Of a stretch of DNA of 24,311 nucleotides, positions 14,310 to 23,311 are shown piece after piece. The translations under genes and the position numbers were made by a program. Within the stretch, counting starts at the first letter, position 1. Every line of letters starts with the position of its first letter. This stretch comes from an uncultured bacterium (GTDB taxonomy: Bacteria > Macinerneyibacteriota > Macinerneyibacteria > Macinerneyibacteriales > DSCS01), in contig CAZJQC010000021.1 of the NCBI GenBank assembly GCA_964548195.1, forward strand, positions 1 through 24,311, read 5' to 3'. Under the pieces are notes generated by a model. That model had not been told where the DNA came from. It saw nothing but the letters and a program-made list of their open reading frames with translations, and did no database searches.

Positions 14310-17078
14310 TCAGTCGATGTAGACGGCGATCTTGCTTTTTTCGCGTGTCTTCTGCAGCCATGACCCCAGATGTTCCTGATACTTGGTGTTTCTCAGTTCT
14401 TCTCCGGCCGCTTTATATTCTTCCTCGCTCATCTCTGTCAGCACATTGTCGTCTATCTTTATGTTGTTGATAAAGTATATTCTGTTGCCTGACTCGATGT
14501 AGGTGGACTCATTGCCCGCCGCCTCGGCGATCTCCTTAAGGTTGTCGCTGCTGAATCCCTCAAAGGATTTGCCCACATCGACGCCTCTTACCGTAACAGG
14601 CGCGGTCTTTTTGAGAGATTCGTAAGCCGCTTCCCTCGCCTTCTCATTGATGTAGAGAGCCGTGATATCCGGTTTGACCTCGTCAAACGGCCTGATATAA
14701 CTCTCTTCGCTCCCCGCTATCTTTATGATGTAATAGCCGGCGCCCGCATTAAAGGGCTTCAGCACATATCCTTTTTTGGCGTCGAACATGCGTTCGGCCA
14801 GGTCGTTAAGCGTCTCCGGGTTGACCGTGTTGGTAAGAAAAGCCGGCAGCTCGTTTCTGGCGAACAAGCCTGTCTTCACAGCCTGCAGTTTATACTTCGC
14901 GGCGGTCCCCTCGCCGATCTCGCCCTTAAGCCCTTCGCTTCTGATCGTACGGGCTATCTTATAAAGGTCTTTGTATGCGCTGTTGAGTTTTATGTCTTCT
15001 ATGACCTTGGTCTTCACTTCCTGATATTTGGGAAGATATCCGCTTCTTTTTTCCAGCAGCCTCATAACCGTGTATCCGTCCTGCGTCCTGACGGCTGACG
15101 ATATGGAATCATATTTAAGCGAAAACGCCATGCGTTTAAAATTCCTGTCATATCCGAAGCCCGGGACAAAGGAATTATACGTGCCTTCGAAGAAACCCGT
15201 CTGGAAGGGCACCATGCCGTATTCCTTCGCCTTGTCGGCGAAAGCGTCCGCTCCCGCGGCCTCGAAACCGCTGCGGTATCTCTCCGCTACGGCCTGCGCC
15301 TTCTTAAAGGCTTTCTCTGTCTTGAGCTCCTGTGTGATCTTTTCCCGCACTTTTGAATCGCTCAAAGGCGTGACATAATCATCCTGCGCGCGTGTTACGC
15401 CGACCAGTATGATCTCTTTGCCGGTGTTAACGGGGCCGGCGGTCATGCCGGGTGTAAGCGCGTAAGCCTCTCTGACTATCTGTTTTGAAGGACTGATCTT
15501 ATGTCTGAACTCGTCCTCGGTCAGCAGCGGCGATTTTTTCAGGTCCGCACCGACAAGAGAGGCTATCTCTTCTATGCGTGTCCCTTTCTGCATAAGGTTT
15601 CTGATATCATTTTCCTTTTCGGCAAGAGCCGCGGCCCTCTTTTTCTCTTCCACAGCCTTGACGATGGTGTTCTGCACGGACGCCTCTTCCAGATCCGCGT
15701 AATGTTCGGGGCTCAGGTCTTCAAGTTTGATGACATGGTATCCGTATCTTGTCTCAACGGGTCCGTATATGTCGCCGGCCTTCATCTTGCCGAAAACGGC
15801 CTCGTCGAACTCCTTGACCATGTCGCCTTTTTCAAAATAACCCAGGTCTCCGCCTTTTTCGCGGGTGGGCCCCTGTGAAAATTCCCTGGCAAGCGCGGCG
15901 AAATCCTCTCCGTTTTTCGCTCTTTCCATGACCTCGCCCGCCTGTTTGAAGGCAGCCTGTTTTTCCTCATCGCTCATGCCGGCTTTGAAAGAGAACAGTA
16001 TATGTCTGGCCCTCGCGGTCTCCGCGACTTTGAAATCCTCTTTATGGCTCTCATAATAGGCCTTTTTATCAGTTTCGCTTATATCAAAGCCTGAAAGGCC
16101 CGAAGCGTTGATCTTGAAATATTTGAATGCAATGCGTTTGCCGGCATTGAACTGGTCGATATGTTCGTTGTAATATTTGCCTATCTCCGCGCCGGACACA
16201 TAAACATCATCCATGTAATCAGAGACCCTGACTTTGACATATTCGACATTGACTTCGTCGTCGCGCTCGTAAGCATCCCTGTTCTTTTCAAAATAGGCGG
16301 CCGCTTCCTTCTCGCTCACGTTGTAGTCGTCGATTATGTTCTCAGGCGACAGCGCCACGTATTCAAGGGACACCTTCGCAGGCACCCTGAAATTTTCCTT
16401 TTTTATCTCGTAAAAAGGCTTCAGCGCCTCGTCGTCATAGACTATGCCGGAGGCAAAATTGCCCAGCTCGGTCCCGGCATAGGTAAAACTCAGCCGAAGG
16501 TTGTTGGCGAGATAATAATCCCTGATCTCCTGATCCGAAACGGTTATGGTGTCGCGCATGTAATCAAGGGCCTTGCGCGCGAGTATTTCCCGCGAAAAAC
16601 TTTCCTCGATCTCCGCCATCTTGTCGGCGGGCACATTGGTGATCCATGTCTGCCATTTGGTCTCATCAAAAACGCCGTCCGTTTTAAACACGTCATACTG
16701 ACGCAAAACGTCCTTGATGTCGTCAGCCGTGACGGAAAGTCCGGCCTTTTTCGCATAAGCAAGCAGCAGATGGTTGTTTATAAGCTGGGACACGGCTTCG
16801 CCCGCGGCCTGTTTATGTATTGACTCCTTTTGTTCCTTTGACACAACACCCATGTAATTCTCGTAGAATTTAACCATTTTCTCATATGATGCCGTGTAAA
16901 CGGGATAGAACTCCTGATATGTGATCTTCTCCCCGTTAAGCTTCGCCACTATGCCCGGCGAGGCTTTCTCTCTTCCTCCCGAACCCGCGCCCCATATGAT
17001 AAACGCAGGCGTGATGATGATTACCAGGAACCATAGTATCGACTTCTGTTTTGACCTTAAAGTATTAAGCATTTGCAA
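14310..17078 (-). CDS. PpiD/SurA-family membrane-anchored periplasmic foldase (parvulin PPIase), enlarged
   Basis: N-terminal TM anchor (ILWFLVIIITPAFIIWG), SurA_N-like region (VAKLNGEKIT, A...GL.V, F..DG.FD), and an intact parvulin (ARHILF, F..LA.E.S.GP....GGDLG.F...MV.EF, GPV.T.YGYHVIK). Start is TTG 17078 or ATG 17072. Confidence 0.88.
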   Translation of the reverse strand: MQMLNTLRSKQKSILWFLVIIITPAFIIWGAGSGGREKASPGIVAKLNGEKITYQEFYPVYTASYEKMVKFYENYMGVVSKEQKESIHKQAAGEAVSQLINNHLLLAYAKKAGLSVTADDIKDVLRQYDVFKTDGVFDETKWQTWITNVPADKMAEIEESFSREILARKALDYMRDTITVSDQEIRDYYLANNLRLSFTYAGTELGNFASGIVYDDEALKPFYEIKKENFRVPAKVSLEYVALSPENIIDDYNVSEKEAAAYFEKNRDAYERDDEVNVEYVKVRVSDYMDDVYVSGAEIGKYYNEHIDQFNAGKRIAFKYFKINASGLSGFDISETDKKAYYESHKEDFKVAETARARHILFSFKAGMSDEEKQAAFKQAGEVMERAKNGEDFAALAREFSQGPTREKGGDLGYFEKGDMVKEFDEAVFGKMKAGDIYGPVETRYGYHVIKLEDLSPEHYADLEEASVQNTIVKAVEEKKRAAALAEKENDIRNLMQKGTRIEEIASLVGADLKKSPLLTEDEFRHKISPSKQIVREAYALTPGMTAGPVNTGKEIILVGVTRAQDDYVTPLSDSKVREKITQELKTEKAFKKAQAVAERYRSGFEAAGADAFADKAKEYGMVPFQTGFFEGTYNSFVPGFGYDRNFKRMAFSLKYDSISSAVRTQDGYTVMRLLEKRSGYLPKYQEVKTKVIEDIKLNSAYKDLYKIARTIRSEGLKGEIGEGTAAKYKLQAVKTGLFARNELPAFLTNTVNPETLNDLAERMFDAKKGYVLKPFNAGAGYYIIKIAGSEESYIRPFDEVKPDITALYINEKAREAAYESLKKTAPVTVRGVDVGKSFEGFSSDNLKEIAEAAGNESTYIESGNRIYFINNIKIDDNVLTEMSEEEYKAAGEELRNTKYQEHLGSWLQKTREKSKIAVYID

Positions 17079-17143
17079 TCAACCCCCTCATAATATTAAA
17101 TATAAAAAACGAAGGATCAGATTAATCCTAATTTTTCCACTGG

Positions 17144-17152
17144 ATTATATCA
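17144..17152 (-). promoter_or_regulatory. Putative extended -10 promoter for the ppiD-like gene
   Basis: Minus strand TG-A-TATAAT (17152-17144), just downstream of the ptb terminator. No good -35. Confidence 0.5.
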
Positions 17153-17174
17153 TGATTTTACCATTAATAAAGTG

Positions 17175-17207
17175 AAAAAAAAGGGGGGCGCCTTGCGCCC
17201 CTCTTTT
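17175..17207 (-). terminator. Intrinsic terminator of the folK-pan-comM-buk-ptb operon
   Basis: Minus strand GGGGCG-caagg-CGCCCC-CC-T8, immediately after the ptb stop. Confidence 0.85.
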
Positions 17208-18118
17208 CAGTCGGACATCAGGCAGGCCAATGCCACACAATAGAATTTTGAGGCCGCGCTTTCGCTTCTGGACATGACCACAACGGGCTTTTCAGTGCCC
17301 TGTATCAATCCGGCCAGCTCGCCTTTCGCAAAAAGCATAAGCCCTTTATAGAATGCGTTACAGGCCTCCAGCGAGGGGAATATCAGCACATCGGCTTTTC
17401 CTTCTATGGGAGTCTCAACGCCCTTTATGCGCAGGCTTTCAGGGTCGCAGGCGCAGAAGATGTCCAGCGGCCCGTCAACAATACAGTCGCTGATCTGGCC
17501 CCGCTTGTTCATCACCGAAAGCATCGCATAATCCAGAGAGCCCGGTATGGAGGCGCTCACCTTTTCGGAAGCTCCCACCAGCGCCACGCGCGGCATCTCC
17601 ACGCCGAATCTGCGGGCCATCGCCACCGAATACTCTATCATGGCCTTTTTTTGAAGCAGGTCCGGAAAAGGGAGCACCGCGGTGTCCGATATAAACAGCA
17701 GCCTGTCATATTCCGGTATCTCCACCGCGCATGTATAGCTCATGACCGCGCCTTTGGGAAGCAGCCCCTCCTCTTTGTCCAGAACGGCTTTCAGGAATTT
17801 ATCGGTACCCACAAGCCCCTTCATCAGAATATCCGCCCGGCCGTCTTTGACGGCCTTAAGCGCCGCCCGAACCGCATTATACGGGTCCGGCTCATGCACT
17901 ATCTCGAACAGGCCCGCGGAGACGCCTTCGGCGTCGGCCGTCGAACGTATCTTTTCTTCATCCCCGAACATCATCGGTTTTGCGAACCCCTCCTCCGCGG
18001 CGCGCGCGAGGGACCCCACGGTATTTGAATCTTCGGCGCAGGCCACCGCGATCGTCCTTACAACGCCCTGTTTTTTTAATTCCGCGGCTATGTCCCCAAG
18101 CCGTTCTATCCTGCTCAT
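17207..18118 (-). CDS. ptb: Phosphate butyryltransferase-family acyltransferase (second, more divergent paralog)
   Basis: IAVACAED, ADILMKG, SDTAV.P.P, DGPLD, G.ADVLIFP and PVV..SR. Start moved from 18145 to ATG 18118 (SD AGGAG). Confidence 0.85.
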   Translation of the reverse strand: MSRIERLGDIAAELKKQGVVRTIAVACAEDSNTVGSLARAAEEGFAKPMMFGDEEKIRSTADAEGVSAGLFEIVHEPDPYNAVRAALKAVKDGRADILMKGLVGTDKFLKAVLDKEEGLLPKGAVMSYTCAVEIPEYDRLLFISDTAVLPFPDLLQKKAMIEYSVAMARRFGVEMPRVALVGASEKVSASIPGSLDYAMLSVMNKRGQISDCIVDGPLDIFCACDPESLRIKGVETPIEGKADVLIFPSLEACNAFYKGLMLFAKGELAGLIQGTEKPVVVMSRSESAASKFYCVALACLMSD

Positions 18119-18125
18119 AACACTC

Positions 18126-19025
18126 CTACGCAAACAACGCGGCAAGAGCTATGGAATACATCTTCACTTCCACGCTGTCGCCTCTGGAAGACAATATGGC
18201 GGGGACCCTGGCTCCCACGACAATGGCTCCAAGATTCGCGTTTTGAAGTTTTGTGTTCGTCTTGTAAAAGACATTGCCCGACTCTATGTTGGGGAAGAGT
18301 ATGCAGTCGGCATCGCCGGCGACTTCACCCGTGAGCCCTTTTATCCTGGCCGATTCGGGATCGATGCACAGGTCAAGCGCCAGCGGCCCGTCCACATAAG
18401 CCCCCTTGATCTGTCCCCTGTCCGCCATCTTCGATATGACGGAAGCGTCTGCATTGGCCGGTATTTTCGGCAGAACCTGCTCCGAAGCCGCCAGCAAAGC
18501 CACCTTGGGCTTCTCTATTCCCAGCGCATGGGCCGTGCGTATAAGATAATTGGTGATCGCGATCTTCTGATTCAGGTCGGGCAACGGGAGTATGGCCACG
18601 TCGCCGACTATAAGCAGTTTGTGATAATTCGGATTTTCGATGACCGTGACATGGCTGAGGACGGCGCCTTTGTTCATAAGCCCTTTTTCCTTGTTCAATA
18701 TGGCTCTCATATACTTGTCCGTGCTTATAAGGCCTTTCATAAGTATGTCGCCCTCGCCGGCGTTGATCAGTTCCACCGCTTTCGCCGCGGCTTTGAAATC
18801 CACCGGCTCATGCACTATGTTAAAGAGTGAACTGTCTATGCCCTCTTCGGAACATATCTTTTCTATGACGTCCTTATCGCCGGTAAGAGTCACATCCACC
18901 AGTCCGCGCTTCATCGCTTCGTGGGCGGCTCCTATTGTGTGTGAGTCATTGGCGTATACGGCAACGAGTTTTTTTCTCTCTTTGCCTTTCAAAAGGTCAA
19001 ACATCTGTTCAAGTCTGGTAATCAT
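18126..19025 (-). CDS. ptb: Phosphate butyryltransferase-family acyltransferase
   Basis: DILMKG, VLSH, D.AI.P.P, PKVALL.A.E, DGPLALD, PNIESGN..YK and LSSRGDS. Directly follows buk. Confidence 0.92.
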   Translation of the reverse strand: MITRLEQMFDLLKGKERKKLVAVYANDSHTIGAAHEAMKRGLVDVTLTGDKDVIEKICSEEGIDSSLFNIVHEPVDFKAAAKAVELINAGEGDILMKGLISTDKYMRAILNKEKGLMNKGAVLSHVTVIENPNYHKLLIVGDVAILPLPDLNQKIAITNYLIRTAHALGIEKPKVALLAASEQVLPKIPANADASVISKMADRGQIKGAYVDGPLALDLCIDPESARIKGLTGEVAGDADCILFPNIESGNVFYKTNTKLQNANLGAIVVGARVPAILSSRGDSVEVKMYSIALAALFA

Positions 19026-19039
19026 GATTCCCTCCGTTT

Positions 19040-20113
19040 TTATTTGTATTCTCTGGGCTCTTCCTCGCCTCTAAGCACGCGCATGCCGGCATCCGCAAGC
19101 GCGAGCATCTCCTCTTCGCCCGGATATTCGATCTGAGTCCCCGCAAAAGACAGATGCTCCCTCAGATAAGGCATAAGGCAATGTTTCGCATAAACAAGCC
19201 CGCCGGTATATATCACTCCGTCCACTTCCCCTTTTAACACGGCCGCCATTGCGCCCGCTTCTTTTACGATCTGATACGCCATTCCCAGCATGGCCCTTTC
19301 GGCGTCCTTGTCGCCGGCGGCGACCCTCTTTTCAAGTTCGGATCCGTTGTCGGTGCCGGTATAGGCTATCAGGCCGCTTTTCTTGGTCAGCTTTGCGATA
19401 AGTTCTTTTTTGGAATACTTGCCGCTGTATGCCATCTCGATCAGATCGCCTATGGGAAGGGCGCCGGCTCTCTGGGGTGAATACGGCCCCATGCCCAGCA
19501 ATGCGTTGTTTACATCCACACATCTGCCTTTTTCAATACCCACTACGGATATGCCGCCACCCATGTGTATGACAATAAAATTGCACTCTTCCATCTTTTT
19601 GCCGATTTCACCCGCGGCTTTTCTCGCGCAGGCCCTCACATTGAGCGCGTGAAACAGGGATTTTCTTTCGATCTCGGGAACGCCCGATATGCGCGCGCGG
19701 TCCGCCATCTCATCCACTGTGACCGGGTCCGTTATAAAAGACGGTTTGCCGATCTCGTCACCCAATGCCTTCGCAAGGTAAGCGCCAAGGTTGGAGGCAT
19801 GTTCACGCCCCCAGAGGCTCTTGTCCGAAAGGTCTTTAAGCATGGCGTCATTGACGGGATAAACGCCGCCCTCTATGGACTTCATCAGTCCGCCGCGCCC
19901 GACAACGGCATCAAGCTCATCCAGGGAGATCCCCGCTTTTTCCAAAGTCTCCTCAATGAATTTTTTTCTGAATTCGAACTGGTCCACCACCGAACCGAAA
20001 CGCCCTATTTCCTCGGCGTCATGTCTGATCGTGTTCTCGTACAGCGGCCCTTTTTCATCATATACCGCTATCTTGGTTGATGTGGAGCCCGGATTAATAG
20101 CCAAAACCTTCAT
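19040..20113 (-). CDS. buk: Butyrate kinase
   Basis: INPGSTSTK, VGRGG, HASNLG, DPV.VDE, HALN, HMGGGISV, TGG and PGE.EM. Confidence 0.96.
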   Translation of the reverse strand: MKVLAINPGSTSTKIAVYDEKGPLYENTIRHDAEEIGRFGSVVDQFEFRKKFIEETLEKAGISLDELDAVVGRGGLMKSIEGGVYPVNDAMLKDLSDKSLWGREHASNLGAYLAKALGDEIGKPSFITDPVTVDEMADRARISGVPEIERKSLFHALNVRACARKAAGEIGKKMEECNFIVIHMGGGISVVGIEKGRCVDVNNALLGMGPYSPQRAGALPIGDLIEMAYSGKYSKKELIAKLTKKSGLIAYTGTDNGSELEKRVAAGDKDAERAMLGMAYQIVKEAGAMAAVLKGEVDGVIYTGGLVYAKHCLMPYLREHLSFAGTQIEYPGEEEMLALADAGMRVLRGEEEPREYK

Positions 20114-20134
20114 TTCTCCTCCTTCTCCGGTGAA

Positions 20135-21661
20135 TTACTCATAAACTTCTTCGACAACTCTTCTATGCTGTATCGCTTCCGCGACATGTATATCCGATAT
20201 TTCGACGCTGTTGTCCATATCAGCGATCGTCCTGGCCACTTTAAGTATTCTGTGATACGACCTGGCCGAAAGGCACATCCTTTTCACGGCGCCGCCCAGC
20301 AATCTGTCCGCATCCGCCGTGAGCGCGCAGTATTTTTTTACCATCGCGGGAGTCATCGCGGCATTGTATATGACATGTTCCCGTGACAGCCTTTTCATCT
20401 GCGCCGCCCTGGCGCGCTCTACCCTGACTTTTATGTCTTCCGAACGTTCCTCCTGCCAATCCCCCTTGAGCTCTTCATACCTGATGCGGGGCACCTCGAC
20501 CTGTATGTCGATACGGTCCAGCAAAGGCCCCGATATCCTCCGTTTATACCGTTCGATGTCGCCCGCCGAACATCTGCATGTCTTCTCCTTGTCGCCAAGG
20601 TAACCGCAGGGGCAGGGGTTCATCGCCGCGACAAGCAGAAAATCCGAGGGATATCTGACCGAATAGGAGGCTCTGGTCACCGTCACGCTGCGGCTTTCCA
20701 TAGGCTGTCTTAAGACCTCCACGGTATTTCTTCTGAACTCGGGAAACTCGTCCATGAACAACACGCCTTTGTTGGCCAGAGTGATCTCACCCGGCCTGGG
20801 CGAATTGCCGCCGCCCACCATGCCCACATCGCTTATGGTATGATGCGGCGCCCTGAAAGGCCTGGCAAGCATCACCGGCCGGTCTTCGCTCAGCAGCCCC
20901 GCCACGCTGTAGACTTTGGTCACTTCAAGCGCTTCCGACCTGCTGAGTTCGGGCAGTATCGACGGCATAGCCTTGGCAAGCATGGTCTTGCCGGTGCCGG
21001 GAGGGCCTATCATGAGCACGTTATGGCCGCCCGATACCGCGATCTCCAGCGCTCTTTTCGCTATGCCCTGTCCCCTTATCTCTGAAAAATCCGGCGAGTC
21101 CGTGCTGAAGTCGGAATAAAACGATGCCTTGTCAAACTCAAAACGCGGTATCGGAAACGCCCCGTTGAGATGGTCGATGACCTCGTTCAGCGTCGCCGCG
21201 GGATAGAGCTCCAGCCCTTCTATAAAAGCGGCTTCCCGGCTGTTCTCCACCGGGCAGATCAGCGCCTTCCCCTTTTTCTCGGCGTACTCCGCCATGGGCA
21301 GGACGCCTTTTACCTTGCGCAGGCTGCCGTCAAGTGAAAGCTCTCCCGCCATGATGTATCCGTCCGTGTTCTTCCTCACTATCCCGAACGCCCGCAGCAA
21401 TGCCACGGCCATGGGCAGGTCATAATGGGAACCCTCTTTTTTGAGGTCTGCCGGAGCAAGATTTACGACTATCTTCTTATTGAACATCCGTATTCCGGCG
21501 CTTTCAAAGGCGACTCGTATGCGTTCACGGCTCTCTTTTGTCACGGTGTCGCCAAGCCCGACTATAGTGAAGGAGGGAATGCCTTTGGAGACACCCGCTT
21601 CTATTGTGACCCCGAAGGGCTCAATGCCGTAAAGGCCCGCAGTTTTAGTCTTGCTTACCAT
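20135..21661 (-). CDS. comM: YifB/ComM family AAA+ ATPase (Mg-chelatase-like)
   Basis: ES.ER, NLAPADLKKEG..YDLP, GELSLDG, Walker A GPPGTGKT, RPFRAPHH, GVLF.DE, AMNPCPCG, SGPLLDRID and ARTIAD. Confidence 0.94.
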   Translation of the reverse strand: MVSKTKTAGLYGIEPFGVTIEAGVSKGIPSFTIVGLGDTVTKESRERIRVAFESAGIRMFNKKIVVNLAPADLKKEGSHYDLPMAVALLRAFGIVRKNTDGYIMAGELSLDGSLRKVKGVLPMAEYAEKKGKALICPVENSREAAFIEGLELYPAATLNEVIDHLNGAFPIPRFEFDKASFYSDFSTDSPDFSEIRGQGIAKRALEIAVSGGHNVLMIGPPGTGKTMLAKAMPSILPELSRSEALEVTKVYSVAGLLSEDRPVMLARPFRAPHHTISDVGMVGGGNSPRPGEITLANKGVLFMDEFPEFRRNTVEVLRQPMESRSVTVTRASYSVRYPSDFLLVAAMNPCPCGYLGDKEKTCRCSAGDIERYKRRISGPLLDRIDIQVEVPRIRYEELKGDWQEERSEDIKVRVERARAAQMKRLSREHVIYNAAMTPAMVKKYCALTADADRLLGGAVKRMCLSARSYHRILKVARTIADMDNSVEISDIHVAEAIQHRRVVEEVYE

Positions 21662-22505
21662 ATCCCCACAGAAGGTTGTCGATCAGCCGGGTCTTTCCCA
21701 CATATACGGCCAACGCCGTAAGCACGCCGGTCTCCCGGTCGACCGATTCGATCTTTTCCAATGTCTCCGGATGCACTGTCTCTATATAATCTACGCGTGT
21801 GCCGCTTTTTTTACCTATGATATCCCGTACGGCCTGTATCAGTGCCGCGCAATCCCGTTCGCCCGCGTCAAGCATCTCCTTCACGCGTCTCAGCGCCGTA
21901 TTCAGGCTTAAGGCGTCCTCCCTTTCAGCCGCGGAAAGATATTTGTTCCGCGAGCTCATGGCAAGGCCGTCCGCTTCCCTTATGAGGGGACACGGTATTA
22001 TTTCCGTCCTCATGTTCAGGTCGGCGGCCATCCTCGAGATCACGCGGTATTGCTGATAATCCTTCATCCCGAAATACGCCCTGTCAGGGGACACTATGTT
22101 TATAAGCTTGGCCACCACTGTGCAGACGCCACGGAAATGGACGGGCCGTGAAGCCCCGCAAAGCCCTTCGGTGATCTTCTCCACATTGATCCAGGTCAAT
22201 GTCCCTTCGCGGCCGTACATCTCCTCAGGCGAAGGGGCGAAGACGCCGGCCACGCCCGCCTGTTCGCAAAGCCGCAGGTCGCGTTCCAAATCGCGGGGAT
22301 AGGCGTCAAGGTCCTCAGCGGGCCCGAACTGTGTGGGGTTTACAAAGATCGAGACTATGGCCAGGTCGTTTTCCGAGGCGGCCTTCCTGATCAAAGAGAG
22401 ATGCCCTTCATGCAGAAAGCCCATAGTCGGCACAAACCCGACAGAAGCGCCTTTGAATCCGCCCAAAAAATCGCGTACACTTTTTACGTCCTTCAATAAT
22501 TCCAT
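21645..22505 (-). CDS. panC: Pantoate-beta-alanine ligase
   Basis: FVPTMGFLHEGH, SIFVNPTQF, RP.HF.GV, FG.KDYQQ, READGLAMSSRN and TRLIDN. Confidence 0.97.
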   Translation of the reverse strand: MELLKDVKSVRDFLGGFKGASVGFVPTMGFLHEGHLSLIRKAASENDLAIVSIFVNPTQFGPAEDLDAYPRDLERDLRLCEQAGVAGVFAPSPEEMYGREGTLTWINVEKITEGLCGASRPVHFRGVCTVVAKLINIVSPDRAYFGMKDYQQYRVISRMAADLNMRTEIIPCPLIREADGLAMSSRNKYLSAAEREDALSLNTALRRVKEMLDAGERDCAALIQAVRDIIGKKSGTRVDYIETVHPETLEKIESVDRETGVLTALAVYVGKTRLIDNLLWGYGKQD

Positions 22506-22513
22506 GACACCCC

Positions 22514-23311
22514 TCAGAATTTCAAAACGTTGCTCTCGGCGGGGAAATCCCCCGTACGCACCTCCGACACATATTTTTTGACCGCGTTCTTCACGGCTCT
22601 GCCTATGTTTTTATATATTTTTGAATGTTTCGGCATGAAATCGGGATAAAGCCCGAGTATGTCATAACAGACCTGTATCTCCCCGTCGCAATATCTGCCC
22701 GAGCCGATGCCGATAACAGGTATGTTCAGCCTGCGCGAAAGCTCTCCGCCCAGCGATTCGGGCACGGATTCTATGACAAGAGCGGATATGCCCGCCTCCT
22801 GAAGGGCAAGAGCCCTCTCGAGTATGCTGTTCTTCTCCTCGGCGCCCTTCCCTCTGACCACGTCACGGCCGAACAGCCTGGCAGACTGAGGCGTATATCC
22901 GAGATGTCCCACCACCGGTATTCCGATGTCCGTAAGCCTTGATGCCAGCTCGACATGCGAGCCTTCGAACTTGACCGCGGACGCCCCCGTTTCGCTGATA
23001 AGCCTCCCGGCGTTTTTCATCCCCTCTTCGACGGAGACCTGATACGACATGAACGGCATGTCGGCCACGACAAATGCTCTGCCGCTTCCGCGCACGACCG
23101 CCCGTGTATGGGCTATCATCTGTTCCATCGTGACCCTCAGCGTATCCTTGTGGCCGTAAACGACCATGCCCAGGGAATCGCCGACAAGTATCATGTCCGC
23201 GCCCGCCTCGTCGATATGGCGGGCAAAGGAATAGTCATATGCCGTGACAGCAACTATCCTGACGCCGCCGGCCTTCATTTTCACAATGTCCTGCGAAGAA
23301 ACTCTTCTCAT
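22514..23311 (-). CDS. panB: 3-methyl-2-oxobutanoate hydroxymethyltransferase
   Basis: TAYD, LVGDSLG, ADMPF, VK.EG, GHLG.TPQ and IGIG.G. TAATG overlap with the folK stop. Confidence 0.97.
   Translation of the reverse strand: MRRVSSQDIVKMKAGGVRIVAVTAYDYSFARHIDEAGADMILVGDSLGMVVYGHKDTLRVTMEQMIAHTRAVVRGSGRAFVVADMPFMSYQVSVEEGMKNAGRLISETGASAVKFEGSHVELASRLTDIGIPVVGHLGYTPQSARLFGRDVVRGKGAEEKNSILERALALQEAGISALVIESVPESLGGELSRRLNIPVIGIGSGRYCDGEIQVCYDILGLYPDFMPKHSKIYKNIGRAVKNAVKKYVSEVRTGDFPAESNVLKF

Noticed and set aside
17742..18830. 362-aa plus-strand ORF opposite the ptb genes, and the other short antisense ORFs in the track
   Set aside because: Ser/Ala/Pro-rich shadow frames typical of the reverse strand of GC3-biased genes.
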